This document shows, piece by piece, positions 47,782 to 57,762 of a stretch of 64,000 nucleotides of DNA (its first letter is position 1; each line of letters begins with the position of its first letter). Source of the stretch: Polyangiaceae bacterium. GTDB taxonomy: Bacteria > Myxococcota_A > Polyangia > Polyangiales > Polyangiaceae. Made by a program: the position numbers and the translations under genes. The stretch is from NCBI GenBank assembly GCA_965222375.1, contig CBDCTZ010000015.1, forward strand, positions 928,001 to 992,000. Direction: 5' to 3'. Below the pieces are notes generated by a model, which was not told the origin of the DNA, searched no databases, and saw only the letters and a program-made list of their open reading frames with translations.

Positions 47782-47843
47782 AACGACAAAAAGGCGCCCG
47801 CCGCCTCACGCCAGATGCGACTTTGTCGGGGATGGGGTGCGCT

Positions 47844-48251
47844 CTAGAAGCGGGCGGCCAGGTGAAAACCGTATTTGGAGCCATCCACCCGGGGGCGAAG
47901 TACGATGGCGGATCGGCTTTGGCCGGCCAAAGCACTGGACGTCGGCAGCAAACGCACCGCCACCGTTCCGCTGCCTGGAAGTTCGAGGTCCCGCGTGATG
48001 ACGAGCTTTCCCAGAACCGAGCGATAGGCACAGCCCGCACTGGTACAGGTCCGACGCACCGTCGACTTCTTGGGAGCTTGATCAGCCTGGGCGGGGGCCG
48101 CCTTGTTCGCAGCAGGCAGCGCTAACCCAGGAGGCAGGCTCGTCTCCGACGCGTTCAGGCTGAACCCCGTCGTCGCTGGAGTGTCCTCGGCCCACGCGGC
48201 ACCGCTTGCGGTGAGCGCGGTAAGAGCAACGGCGAGACGAACGAGAGTCAT
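47844..48251 (-). CDS. Hypothetical secreted protein
   Basis: Signal peptide ending AAWA; C-terminal ..FHLAARF. Confidence 0.7.
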   Translation of the reverse strand: MTLVRLAVALTALTASGAAWAEDTPATTGFSLNASETSLPPGLALPAANKAAPAQADQAPKKSTVRRTCTSAGCAYRSVLGKLVITRDLELPGSGTVAVRLLPTSSALAGQSRSAIVLRPRVDGSKYGFHLAARF

Positions 48252-48441
48252 GGCTAAGTTGATACTGCCGCACGCCTACTGCACCCTCAAGGCATAAACC
48301 CGTGAAATTACTATAATTGTAGTTGCGGCGCGCACCCGCGCGCACATGTGCGCACTCAAATGGCAGCGCGAGTTTCCTTGCTGCCTGGATGATTCCAATT
48401 GGGCGGGATCCCCCGTGGCGCCACTGCCGCAGTGCGTCGAG

Positions 48442-49887
48442 CTACGCCGGCTGCGACAGTCCCCGGGAGGCGATGTCCTGGGTGAGCGCGTCGGGCAGGC
48501 GACCGGTCTCTTGGAAAGCGCGCATGTGCAGGATGGGCTCTCCGCCCATAGTTGCGATGGAACGCCCCTTCACTAAAGCCGTGTACTTGCGAGGTAGGAA
48601 GCTCTCGAGCGCCAACGGCTGCTCGCGATTCAAGCGCTGCAGCAGGGCAAAGGTGGCATCGAGACTGTTCATCTTCATGTAGGGACAGGTTGCGCAGCCT
48701 CCCTCAGTCGAGCACCCCTCGCCGCCGGCCACACCGGGTACCACCTGCAGCTCGTGCCCTGGAGCCGGGGCGATGGCCTCACTGGCCACCGGGAAGACGA
48801 TCTCCACTGCCAGCTTCGAATCGCCAGCTGCAACGAGTCGACGCCGAACCCTATCCACAATCGACGTGATCATTCCCGACTCGGTCCCGAGCACAAAACT
48901 CAAGTGCTCTGAGGACTTCGCCCGCAGCGCTTCGTCCACTCGCCCATCGATGTACTTCAAAATGTCGCTGGTCGAGCCAACCACGCCGCGCCCACTTCGT
49001 CCCGCCTGCAGCGCGACTCGAAACATTTCGCCCGGCACCTCGAGGTGGGCCGTGACGTGAGCGTGGCCGTAGTCCTTTTGGACTCGTTCAGCAACGTCCT
49101 GCCCGAACATGTGATGCACGACGCAGGTACCCTGCCGGAAGAAGTGAAAGCGCTCCAGGGCGGCGGCTACGCTCTTCTGATCGTGATCCGGATGCACCGC
49201 GCGCACGGCGTCGTCGCCTAGCTCACTCAAAGACTGAAACAAGTCGTGCAGGTTCTGCCCCATATAACTGTCCGGGCCAAACCACACATTCAGATCCGGG
49301 ATCTGCGCAAAACCCTGCAGCACGGTCTTCACGACATTGCTGGAGGTGCAGGTGATCGTCGGGACCAAGGCGTGAGCGTGAGCCTTCGTTGACAGGCTGG
49401 TGTTGATGTACACGACGTGTAGCGACGGGGACACCTGCGAGGCCTTCGTCAAGTAGGCCGCGTAGGCATCCGACTCTGCGGACTCCGCCAAGGAGCAACC
49501 AATGGGTTCGTCGGCAACGCGATACACGGGGACGCGGTCGTGCCCGGCGGCATCGAGCATGGCGCGCACATTTTCGCTCATGAAGTCCACACCAAGCACC
49601 AACACGACCTCAGCGCCTGCCTGCACCATTTCGATGGCACTGTCCGCCATGGCCAGGGAGTCCGAAATGGCGATGTGCGGATGGGAAGCGCGAGTCAATA
49701 CACCTTGCAGCTCCGGGTCCATGTAGAAGTGCGCGACCACCCCGGCCTTGTTGGCGGCAAGCGCGTCGGACAAGCGCTCCACTTCCGCAGCGTCAGGGTC
49801 GAGAAAGGCGGCCTGTGCTTCGGCAAAGGAGCCCTGAGCCTCGAAACGGTCCGCGTGAATGACGAGAGAGGGAAACGAGCTAGCCAC
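48442..49887 (-). CDS. nadA: Quinolinate synthase A (long form)
   Basis: AHFYMD, SDSL, GVDFMSE, GCSLA, VYINTS, CTSSN, CVVH, AHLE and CPYMKMN motifs. Confidence 0.92.
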   Translation of the reverse strand: MASSFPSLVIHADRFEAQGSFAEAQAAFLDPDAAEVERLSDALAANKAGVVAHFYMDPELQGVLTRASHPHIAISDSLAMADSAIEMVQAGAEVVLVLGVDFMSENVRAMLDAAGHDRVPVYRVADEPIGCSLAESAESDAYAAYLTKASQVSPSLHVVYINTSLSTKAHAHALVPTITCTSSNVVKTVLQGFAQIPDLNVWFGPDSYMGQNLHDLFQSLSELGDDAVRAVHPDHDQKSVAAALERFHFFRQGTCVVHHMFGQDVAERVQKDYGHAHVTAHLEVPGEMFRVALQAGRSGRGVVGSTSDILKYIDGRVDEALRAKSSEHLSFVLGTESGMITSIVDRVRRRLVAAGDSKLAVEIVFPVASEAIAPAPGHELQVVPGVAGGEGCSTEGGCATCPYMKMNSLDATFALLQRLNREQPLALESFLPRKYTALVKGRSIATMGGEPILHMRAFQETGRLPDALTQDIASRGLSQPA

Positions 49888-49933
49888 GCCTAGGTCATAG
49901 GACCAATCGCCGCGCCTTTCCAGGTGCCCTGCC

Positions 49934-51874
49934 TCACTTCTTGCGGCCGGGCAGACGCCCAAAGGTCGCAAGGGTGCGTTCGTGCAGGTCACCGCAGGCT
50001 TCCACGCCCAGGTTATTCTTCTCGAGGGGGTCCGCGGCGACGTCGAAACAGCGGAACCCCGTGTCCCAGGCCCGCGCCTCGAGCTTCATGTTCTTGCGCA
50101 TGTAGCCCCAGTTCTCGAAGGCGCAGCTCCACACGCCGGCGCAGTTCGTCATCGGCAAAGCGCGAGTCGTCAGTTCGGGGCGGAGCAAGCTCGTGCCCAG
50201 CATGCGCTCCTTGTACTTCGCGATCCCGGGTTCGTCCCACAGGCCGAGCAGGTCGATCAGCGTGGGCGCGATGTCGACGTGGAAGACGTAGTCGTCCTTC
50301 TTCTTCCGAAGGTTCTTCTTTTGCGTCTCCGTCAGGATGCCTTTCGGCGCGTGGATCCACATCGGCACGTGGATCTCTTCGTCGAAGACGCTGAAGGTGT
50401 GACCCATCTGGCCGTGCTCACGAAAGGCCTCACCGTGATCGCTCGTGTAGAGGATGATCGTGCGCTTGCCCAGATCGCTGTCTTTGATCCGCTTCAGGAT
50501 CTTCGAAAGGTGCATGTCTTGCTGGTAGACACTGTTCTGATAGTGATTGAAGAACGATCCGTTCTGGTCCGGCGCCTTGCTCGTCGTCGACGGCTGGAAG
50601 GGCTGCGGCATGTCCGGGTCCACGTGATACGGGTAGTGAACGTTCGAGAAATGCACCACGGCGAAGAAAGGCTCCTTGAGCTTGCCGATGTGCTCGTTCA
50701 CATGCGCAGCAAGCAGATCTTCCGGTGCGCCCATGTCCAGATCCGCGGTCGGTTCCAGTTCCGTCGCGCTGATGAACTGGCTCACGGCCAGGTTCTTGAT
50801 CCATAGCCGGGCATTGCCAAACAGCATGTTTTGGCTGGTCCAATACGCCGTGTCGTAGCCTGCTGCTTGGGCGTAGTCGTAGACCAAAGGCCACGTATGC
50901 AGAGTGTCTCGGTCTTCATGAGGCCCAAGCCCGGACCAAGTCACCGCCAACGAAATGGCCGTGCAAGACGCCATGGACCGCATCTGCGAGAAAGCAAAGC
51001 GGTCCGGCAGCATACGGTTGGTCGTCCCCGTTCGCTCACACTCTGGATCGTATTCGTTGCACGTCGCGTCTTCTCGGACGCTCTCGAGCAATACATAGAC
51101 GACATTGCGCTTCGGGCCGGGGGCGATCGTCAGCGGGGGTACAGGCAGCGACTCTCGCGCCCGCGGGCGCATCTGATTGGATTGGTCCGTCAACCCGAGC
51201 TGCGTCCGGATCAGGCCACCCACCGCGTGCAGGTAGAGCACATCGGGTGTGCTGGCCTGGATGTGGCGATGCTGCGTCGGGATGAAGAACGACCCCAACA
51301 GCACCAGCGGCGCCAATACACAGGCGACCTGGGCACGAAAGCGCAGCGGCCGTACGAGGCGCCGACCGAGGAAGATCAAGCCGATGGCAACGACGAAAGG
51401 CGGAGCCTTGGCCCACAGGTAGTTGCCGATATCCGCGAACAGCTGGTTGATGATGCTATCCGTGAAGTTCGACGCGAACAGCGAGACGTCGACGTTGAGG
51501 TAAGCGTTGTACTGGTCGAAGAAGTACTTCTGCCCACCGAAAGCGAAGGTAGCCGCGAACACGAAGAGCACGGCAGCAACCCAACGCATGGCACCACGGC
51601 GACGGCTGGCTGCGTACAGGAGCAGGCCCCAAACGGCGACGCTTTCGACAATCGCGCCGACATAGGTCCAGCGATAAACGCCCTCCAATTGCATCAAGCG
51701 GTCCGAGCGACGCCCGAAATCGAGCACCACGACCGCCACGGCGGGCACCAGCAAGAGCGCCACACCGAGCGCCTTGCGCAGCAGCCGCGCGCGCTCCCGC
51801 TTCGACCGCACGGCGTCCGGAGGCGCACTCGGCGTCTCGGATTCCAGGCTCAAATCGACATCGGCATTCTGCAC
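49934..51874 (-). CDS. Membrane-anchored sulfatase-fold transferase (LtaS/EptA-like)
   Basis: Five N-terminal TMs; NVVYVLLESVR, SCTAIS (Thr nucleophile position), HYPY and TSDHGE..GH motifs. Confidence 0.85.
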   Translation of the reverse strand: MQNADVDLSLESETPSAPPDAVRSKRERARLLRKALGVALLLVPAVAVVVLDFGRRSDRLMQLEGVYRWTYVGAIVESVAVWGLLLYAASRRRGAMRWVAAVLFVFAATFAFGGQKYFFDQYNAYLNVDVSLFASNFTDSIINQLFADIGNYLWAKAPPFVVAIGLIFLGRRLVRPLRFRAQVACVLAPLVLLGSFFIPTQHRHIQASTPDVLYLHAVGGLIRTQLGLTDQSNQMRPRARESLPVPPLTIAPGPKRNVVYVLLESVREDATCNEYDPECERTGTTNRMLPDRFAFSQMRSMASCTAISLAVTWSGLGPHEDRDTLHTWPLVYDYAQAAGYDTAYWTSQNMLFGNARLWIKNLAVSQFISATELEPTADLDMGAPEDLLAAHVNEHIGKLKEPFFAVVHFSNVHYPYHVDPDMPQPFQPSTTSKAPDQNGSFFNHYQNSVYQQDMHLSKILKRIKDSDLGKRTIILYTSDHGEAFREHGQMGHTFSVFDEEIHVPMWIHAPKGILTETQKKNLRKKKDDYVFHVDIAPTLIDLLGLWDEPGIAKYKERMLGTSLLRPELTTRALPMTNCAGVWSCAFENWGYMRKNMKLEARAWDTGFRCFDVAADPLEKNNLGVEACGDLHERTLATFGRLPGRKK

Positions 51875-52045
51875 GAAGGGCTTCTTTTAGCTCGCGAGGG
51901 CCACCAGGACCAGTTGGTTGGTTGGGGTCGGGGCAGTGTGGCGAAACTAGGGCACTAATCCCGCGTTGGCCCCATGAGTCGCCCAACGTTGGCTCCTGAG
52001 CTGGCCAAATCGGGCGCGACGGTGCACTATTGCGGTGGGTGATCC

Positions 52046-52486
52046 ATGGGTGAGGACGACAAGAAGGTCATTCTCGCGCGACGCGCGCGGATGGTGGCAG
52101 CGGCGCTCGCGAGTGCCGGGCTAGTAGCGGCGGCGCCGGGCTGCGGCAGTGATTCCGATGACGGCGGTGGCGGCACGACCGCGACCGGCGGCTCGGCGGG
52201 CAGCGGCGGCACAGCTGGGACAGGCGGAACCTCGGGAAGCGGCGGCACCTCCGGTAGCGGTGGCAGCGCGGGCGCGGGAGGCTCGGCAGGTAGCGGTGGT
52301 AGTGCAGGTGCGGGCGGCTCCGCGGGCAGCGGCGGATCCGGCGGCCTCGACGCCGGCACGGACGCCAAAGGCGACGGACCCCAGGTTTGCCTATCGCCTC
52401 CTCCACTCGACGCGAGCCCCGACGTCAAAAAGGACGGACCCCAGGTCTGCCTATCCCTCCCACCTCCGGATTCGGGCAAGGGCTGA
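52046..52486 (+). CDS. Small Gly-rich lipoprotein or peptide with duplicated GPQVCLS-PP units
   Basis: ILARRARMVAAALASAGLVAAAPGC signal, Gly/Ser linker, two 20-aa repeats. Confidence 0.8.
   Translation: MGEDDKKVILARRARMVAAALASAGLVAAAPGCGSDSDDGGGGTTATGGSAGSGGTAGTGGTSGSGGTSGSGGSAGAGGSAGSGGSAGAGGSAGSGGSGGLDAGTDAKGDGPQVCLSPPPLDASPDVKKDGPQVCLSLPPPDSGKG
52346..52465 (+). repeat. 60-bp tandem duplication within the CDS
   Basis: GACGGACCCCAGGT(T/C)TGCCTATC at 52373 and 52433. Confidence 0.85.
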
Positions 52487-52532
52487 AGGAGACCGCTCGC
52501 ACAGCCGCTGAGAACGCCAGCACACCTCGCTA

Positions 52533-53237
52533 TCACGGGACTGCGGGGCGGATCTGGGCGCAGACTTTGAAGCGCGAACCGAAGGTCAGTGGGATCTCAC
52601 CCGCGGCGCCGTCCAGCATACTCAACTTGGTCACGCCAACCTGTCCGCTCAGGGTGACGTTCACGCAGGCGTCTTGGCCAAACTCCCCAAGCAAGACGCC
52701 ATCAGTGCAACACGGTTGCCACACCCAGTCGCAGCGACCTGTCCCTGACACGAAATCGTAAGCGCACTCGCCGGGTTCGTCGGCGACCACGAGGCCGCCA
52801 GCACTCGCTGGCTCGACGGCAAAGTCCGCCTCGAGCTGACCGCCAGAGCCGTCTTGGGGCAGGTCCGCAATCACTGCCAGGTGCGCACCGTCGCACTCCG
52901 CACCCGCCTGAACGGCGACGACTACTTCCCCGGAGCGACGGATGTCGGGGCTCGGATTTGCGCTTTCCGAGTCGGGAAAGTCGTAGCGATACCAACTAGC
53001 TCCGCAGCGACTGTTGGGTACAGGTGCAATGCTTCGACCATCCAAGAAGAAGCAAGCAATGCCGTCGTCTACGGCGCCATCGCAATCGTCGTCGAGACCG
53101 TTGCAGGTCTCCGCTGTGGGCGTGCAGCACGGGCCCGCATCGGGATCGCATTCGATGACCTTGAGCCCGGTCTTGGAGCCGCAGGAGGCCGAGAACAATC
53201 CCACCAGACCAAGAAAAAGCCAAGAACCGCTCCGCAC
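52533..53237 (-). CDS. Cys-rich lipoprotein with MopE-related/putative metal-binding repeat
   Basis: FSASC lipobox; ETCNGLDDDCDGAVDD motif. Confidence 0.8.
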   Translation of the reverse strand: MRSGSWLFLGLVGLFSASCGSKTGLKVIECDPDAGPCCTPTAETCNGLDDDCDGAVDDGIACFFLDGRSIAPVPNSRCGASWYRYDFPDSESANPSPDIRRSGEVVVAVQAGAECDGAHLAVIADLPQDGSGGQLEADFAVEPASAGGLVVADEPGECAYDFVSGTGRCDWVWQPCCTDGVLLGEFGQDACVNVTLSGQVGVTKLSMLDGAAGEIPLTFGSRFKVCAQIRPAVP

Positions 53238-53279
53238 GCGAGCAGGCTACCACGCGCCTGCCCGCGGGGGCGGGCGTGG

Positions 53280-54386
53280 TCAACGGGTTGCGTTGAAGCG
53301 CCGGCTCATTCGCTCCTGATAGTCGCGCGCCAGGCGCCGCACGGTGCGATGCTGTTCAGGCGTCTTGGTTGCAGCGGCCAGAGCCTCCAGCGCTTCCGGG
53401 GAGTCGACCGATGACTCGGGCTCCGGGGGCATCGCGGCGAAGCTCTTGGCGCCGTCGATGAAGTCCGAAAAGGCGAGGATCTGCATGTTGGCGGGCGCGC
53501 CTTGATACGTCGTCGTGTCAAAGGTGTAGCTCGACCCCGCCGCCAGAGTATCGAGATGCACGTCGCCCAACCTATCCGGAACGAGACCGTCGGCTCCAAC
53601 CGGGTACACGTCAATTCGGATGTTGTAGATGGTCGCAACGGCCGTGAGGGAGCCCGTGGCAGCCCAATACCCGCTGCCACTTCCGTATTTCTCGCTCAGC
53701 ATGACGTTTGAAAACTTTGGAGCGGAAGGATGCAGCGGAACTGTGTCCTTCGCACTTCCATCGATTTCGAAGGTGATGTTCGCGATTCCATTCGTTGATA
53801 TGGGCGCGTTGGAAAAACCGTTCGAAAACAGTCCACCCACCGTGCCCGGTTGAAGGCAAGACGCCGGTAGGGAGCTGCTAGACAGCATGTGTGGCGGGCC
53901 GTCGGCGAACGACAAATGCGCTCCCACCTCTGCACCTGCCGCGTCGAAGAACTTCGCGGTCACCTTTGCGAAACACACGACTTTCGCAGTGCCGTTGTAG
54001 AGCAAGCCGGTCCATCGCTGGTAGTACTGGCTGCCCGAAGCCTCGTCGGAGAAATTCGAACTCACCACCGTCAGGCCTTCCAGCCCGGAGCTGGTGCTTT
54101 CGGCGACAGCAGCCCCAGGGGTGTTCGAAACGTACGTTGGCGGCCCACCAGAACTGCCACCGGAGCTGCCATCAGCGCCGCCAGCGTCTGCTCCACCTGC
54201 TCCGCTTCCGCCACTTCCTCCTATCGCGCTGCCAGCGCTACCGCCGAAGCTGAAACCACCACTGCCACTGGTGCCACCGGCACCTGGGCCGGGATTGTCG
54301 CCGCCGCCTGCACTGCTACAGCCCGCGAGCGCGCCGCTCGCAAGACACACCACGCCTACCGCAATCCATGAATTTCGATCCATCAC
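53280..54386 (-). CDS. Hypothetical Gly-rich lipoprotein
   Basis: LAGC lipobox; AAGGAGG RBS. Confidence 0.8.
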   Translation of the reverse strand: MMDRNSWIAVGVVCLASGALAGCSSAGGGDNPGPGAGGTSGSGGFSFGGSAGSAIGGSGGSGAGGADAGGADGSSGGSSGGPPTYVSNTPGAAVAESTSSGLEGLTVVSSNFSDEASGSQYYQRWTGLLYNGTAKVVCFAKVTAKFFDAAGAEVGAHLSFADGPPHMLSSSSLPASCLQPGTVGGLFSNGFSNAPISTNGIANITFEIDGSAKDTVPLHPSAPKFSNVMLSEKYGSGSGYWAATGSLTAVATIYNIRIDVYPVGADGLVPDRLGDVHLDTLAAGSSYTFDTTTYQGAPANMQILAFSDFIDGAKSFAAMPPEPESSVDSPEALEALAAATKTPEQHRTVRRLARDYQERMSRRFNATR

Positions 54387-54692
54387 GTCCTCCTTGTCGG
54401 GTCACGAACGCAATGCAACGCGCACCGCGGTCTCCCGTGCCCTACCCTTCGGACAGTTCCCTGAGGCAGTTGTCAGTTTTGTTGCGCCCGGGTCGTGGCT
54501 GAAGCGCCCAGGGCCGGCTCGGCGTGAAAGTAGTGGCTCGGGATGAGCCGCACCCCGTCGGGTATCGCGAAGTGCGTCGAACCGACCCCAACCAAACCCG
54601 ATCCTTTGGGATCTACTCGATCAATGGTGCCGCAACGCTCCACCGAGTCACGCCGCTTGATATTGAGCGCGGAACCTGTGATGAGTCTTGAC

Positions 54693-56120
54693 ATGCGCGC
54701 CTGCGGTTTTGTGCCAGTCGTCCTCGCGCTTGGCGCATGCGCCGCGCCACCGGCGCGGCGCGCGATTGAAGTCACTGCCACTCCTTCGACAACACAGGGC
54801 GCACCCGCCGCCACGATTGCTCCCACATCCCTCCCGTCGCAACGTCTTTCCCGCTGGATCGCTTCAGACGGGTTCATCAAAGTGAGCGGGAACAAGTCCG
54901 GTTCCGTCGTCAATGGGCGTCGCATCCTCCGCCACGATCAGCAGGCGACCGTGATCGACAAGAACCCGATAGACGATCTCGGCCACGCGCATCGGATCCC
55001 GGAAGCGCTGGGTGGCGGCTGGCTCTTTTTGGGGGCGCATAGCGGACGGTTCTCCTCAAGCTTTAGTGGTCCGCTGGCCGCCGGGTTCACCACCCCCAAG
55101 AATGGCAGCCGACGGGTCCGTGTAGGAATCGGTCGAAAGCAGGTTTTGGTCACGTCACCACCGAGCGCACCGGTGCTCTACGCCCTGCCGTCTGGCGCAG
55201 TCGCGCCACTTCCCGTGAAGGGTACGGTTGAGCTCTTCGGTACTCCAAAGGGTCTCGTGGCGCTGCGAACGGGCAGGGCGCGCTGCACTCCTCGATTTCC
55301 GCTGGCGCGCCTTGGAGACAATTGCTCAAATCCAGCGTCGAGGGTCTGGCCGACGACGGCAAGGGCATCGTGGTGCGAACGAGAGGCGGTGAGTCTCGAC
55401 TTGGCTTCGACGGTCGCCTGTCGCCCAAGCCGCAGGAGCCGGGGTTGATCGTTTCGGACAACGTGAGCGCGTTCGTGGAGCCGTGGCCTGACCTCACGCA
55501 GCCCCCTCCTCCTCGCCCGGCAGCCGACTCGCTACTGGAACCGCTGGTAGTGCTGATGACCGAGCGGATTGCACTTCGCGTAGAAGCAACGGACTTGCTC
55601 CTTCTCGACGCGCGAACTGGCAAAGTGATCGAGAGGAAAGCGAACTACTTCCGGGGACACGAGAACTGCTTCCCCATTCGAGGCGGCTCGCCTGCGTTCG
55701 TGGGTTGCAACGGAAAGACCGAGATGACGCTCTTCCGCATCGATGGTTCCGCTGGCAGGCTCACGCGCACGCACAAGGCGCCAGGCCAAGTGGGCCGCTG
55801 ACGGGATCCGCTGGGACGCGCTGACTGTCGACAAGGGCACGCTCCGCTTCTTGATCGCCGGTAGCGCTCCAGGAGTGCTCGAGATCCACGCGGATGACAC
55901 CGTGCGAACCAAGCGACTGCAGGGTCGCCTAGCTGCCGCTGGGTCCCGCGCTTGGCTCGTAGGTCGCGAGGGCACCGTGCAAGAAACCCTCGATGCAGGA
56001 AAGAGCTTTCACGAGATCGTTCCGCCTCCCGGGGGCGCGCCCCAGAAGGGACTCGCGCGATGCGTGGCAACAGGCTGCACTCTGGGGCCTTGGCACCGCG
56101 TTGGTTGGGGTCCCGACTGA
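54693..56120 (+). pseudogene. Frameshifted lipoprotein, paralog of 42593..45667
   Basis: Homologous motifs spread over three ORF pieces (54693.., 55322.., 55743..) with frame switches near 55275 and 55790. Confidence 0.7.
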
Positions 56121-56269
56121 CCCCCCTCGGCCCGGATCGAGAGTAGCGGCCCAAGGCGCACGCGCGAACCGACCCCAAACCAAATTCAAAGCTCGTGTCA
56201 TGCAGCGTCAACGCCCCACTCCGCGGTGTGGGTATTCTGAACCCAAACGCTGAGGGCAGAACCAAGCGC

Positions 56270-57079
56270 TCAGAGATCCGTGAGCCAGTTGGTGATGAAG
56301 TAGTTGGCGATCAAGATCGCCACGGCGCTCTGCACGACGGCACGGGTGGTGGCAGTGCCGACGCCGCGGGCGCCGCCGCTGGCGAAGAAGCCTTGGCGAC
56401 AAGAGATGGCGCTGATCAAGAAGCCGAAGACGCAGGCTTTGATCTCGCCCATCCAGAAGTCCTTCAGCTGCATGCTCTTCTCGATGTTCGAGAGGAAAAT
56501 ACCCGGGTCCACGCTGAGCCACTGAACCGCTACCACATAGGCGCCAGCCATGCCGACGCAGCTGTAGAGCACACACAGCAGTGGAGCCATCAGCACCGTC
56601 GCCACCATTCGCGGTGAAAGCAGATACTGCACAGGGCTCACGCCCATGGTGACGAGGGCGTCGATCTGCTCCGTGACGCGCATATTGCCAAGCTCCGCTG
56701 CCATGGAGCTTCCAGCGCGAGCAGTCACCATGAGGGCAGAGAAGACCGGAGCGATCTCCCGCGCTAGAGAGATCGCCACGATCGCTCCCACCATTCCCTC
56801 CGCGGAGAACTGACGTAGGCTGTGCACCGTCTGCAGTGCCAGCACCATGCCGCTGAAGACCCCCGTCAGCGAAACGATGAATACGGATTGCACACCCACG
56901 AAGTCCATGGCGATGAACAGCTGCCCGATGCGATACGGTGGGCGGATGGTCCAGCTGAGCGTTCGTGCCGTGAGGATCAGGGCTTGCCCGAAGCCTTCGA
57001 ATACGGAAAGAGGCGCATCGAAGATCGCGCTGAGGGCGCGCTGCGATGTGCTGGGCAGTTCCTGATTCGCTTCAGACAC
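56270..57079 (-). CDS. mlaE: MlaE-family ABC transporter permease
   Basis: REIAPVFSALMVTARAGS, AELGNMRVTEQIDAL and GARGVGTATTRAVV motifs. Confidence 0.93.
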   Translation of the reverse strand: MSEANQELPSTSQRALSAIFDAPLSVFEGFGQALILTARTLSWTIRPPYRIGQLFIAMDFVGVQSVFIVSLTGVFSGMVLALQTVHSLRQFSAEGMVGAIVAISLAREIAPVFSALMVTARAGSSMAAELGNMRVTEQIDALVTMGVSPVQYLLSPRMVATVLMAPLLCVLYSCVGMAGAYVVAVQWLSVDPGIFLSNIEKSMQLKDFWMGEIKACVFGFLISAISCRQGFFASGGARGVGTATTRAVVQSAVAILIANYFITNWLTDL

Positions 57080-57155
57080 GCTCAATTTCCCGCGGGAGTA
57101 TGACGGAAAGCCGCGCGTCGGCCTACAATCGGACAAGCAGCGGGAAAAACGGCAG

Positions 57156-57713
57156 TCAAGGGCGCCTTTTCTCGTAGCGAACTGCGGGGCGCTCCTCGAG
57201 GTCGGTGGTGGCTCCGCCACGTTCGTGACCGATCACCTTGATGACGATGGGTGCGTCGAGGTCGAACTGTTCGCTAGAGCGAAGCTGGAATCGATAGCCG
57301 CGGAGGTAGCTGAATACCCCGTGGCCTTCGCCGCGAAGGTTGAGATACACGCCGAGTTCGTGGTTACCCGGGGCTAGATCGGTCTCTGAGACCACAAAGC
57401 GTTGTCGCGCCACCCACTTGGGGTCGTTGGAGTCGAAGACCAGCTCTCCGTCCAGGGCGAACGCGGCGCCCACCAGCACGAAGCCCTTGCCCATCGAGTG
57501 TTCGTATTCGACGCGCACGGTGTGGCTGAACGGACTCTTCTGCACGCATCCACGGGCGGGGTCGTAGGCGGCTTCACCGGGACAATGAATCGTGGTGGGT
57601 TGCTTCTTGGTGGCCACCTTCGGGCTGGGCGGTTCAAAGCGTGCCGCCGGCGTCGAGCTTCCGCAGCCGAGTAGCAACACGGCGGCTACGAGGCTGGGTT
57701 TGCGACAAAGCAT
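57156..57713 (-). CDS. Hypothetical lipoprotein
   Basis: LLLGC lipobox; beta-sandwich-like C-terminus. Confidence 0.75.
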   Translation of the reverse strand: MLCRKPSLVAAVLLLGCGSSTPAARFEPPSPKVATKKQPTTIHCPGEAAYDPARGCVQKSPFSHTVRVEYEHSMGKGFVLVGAAFALDGELVFDSNDPKWVARQRFVVSETDLAPGNHELGVYLNLRGEGHGVFSYLRGYRFQLRSSEQFDLDAPIVIKVIGHERGGATTDLEERPAVRYEKRRP

Positions 57714-57762
57714 GGCGCAGCGTAGCGCGTCCTGCGCGCTGGGGGAGAGCGGGAGGCCTAGG

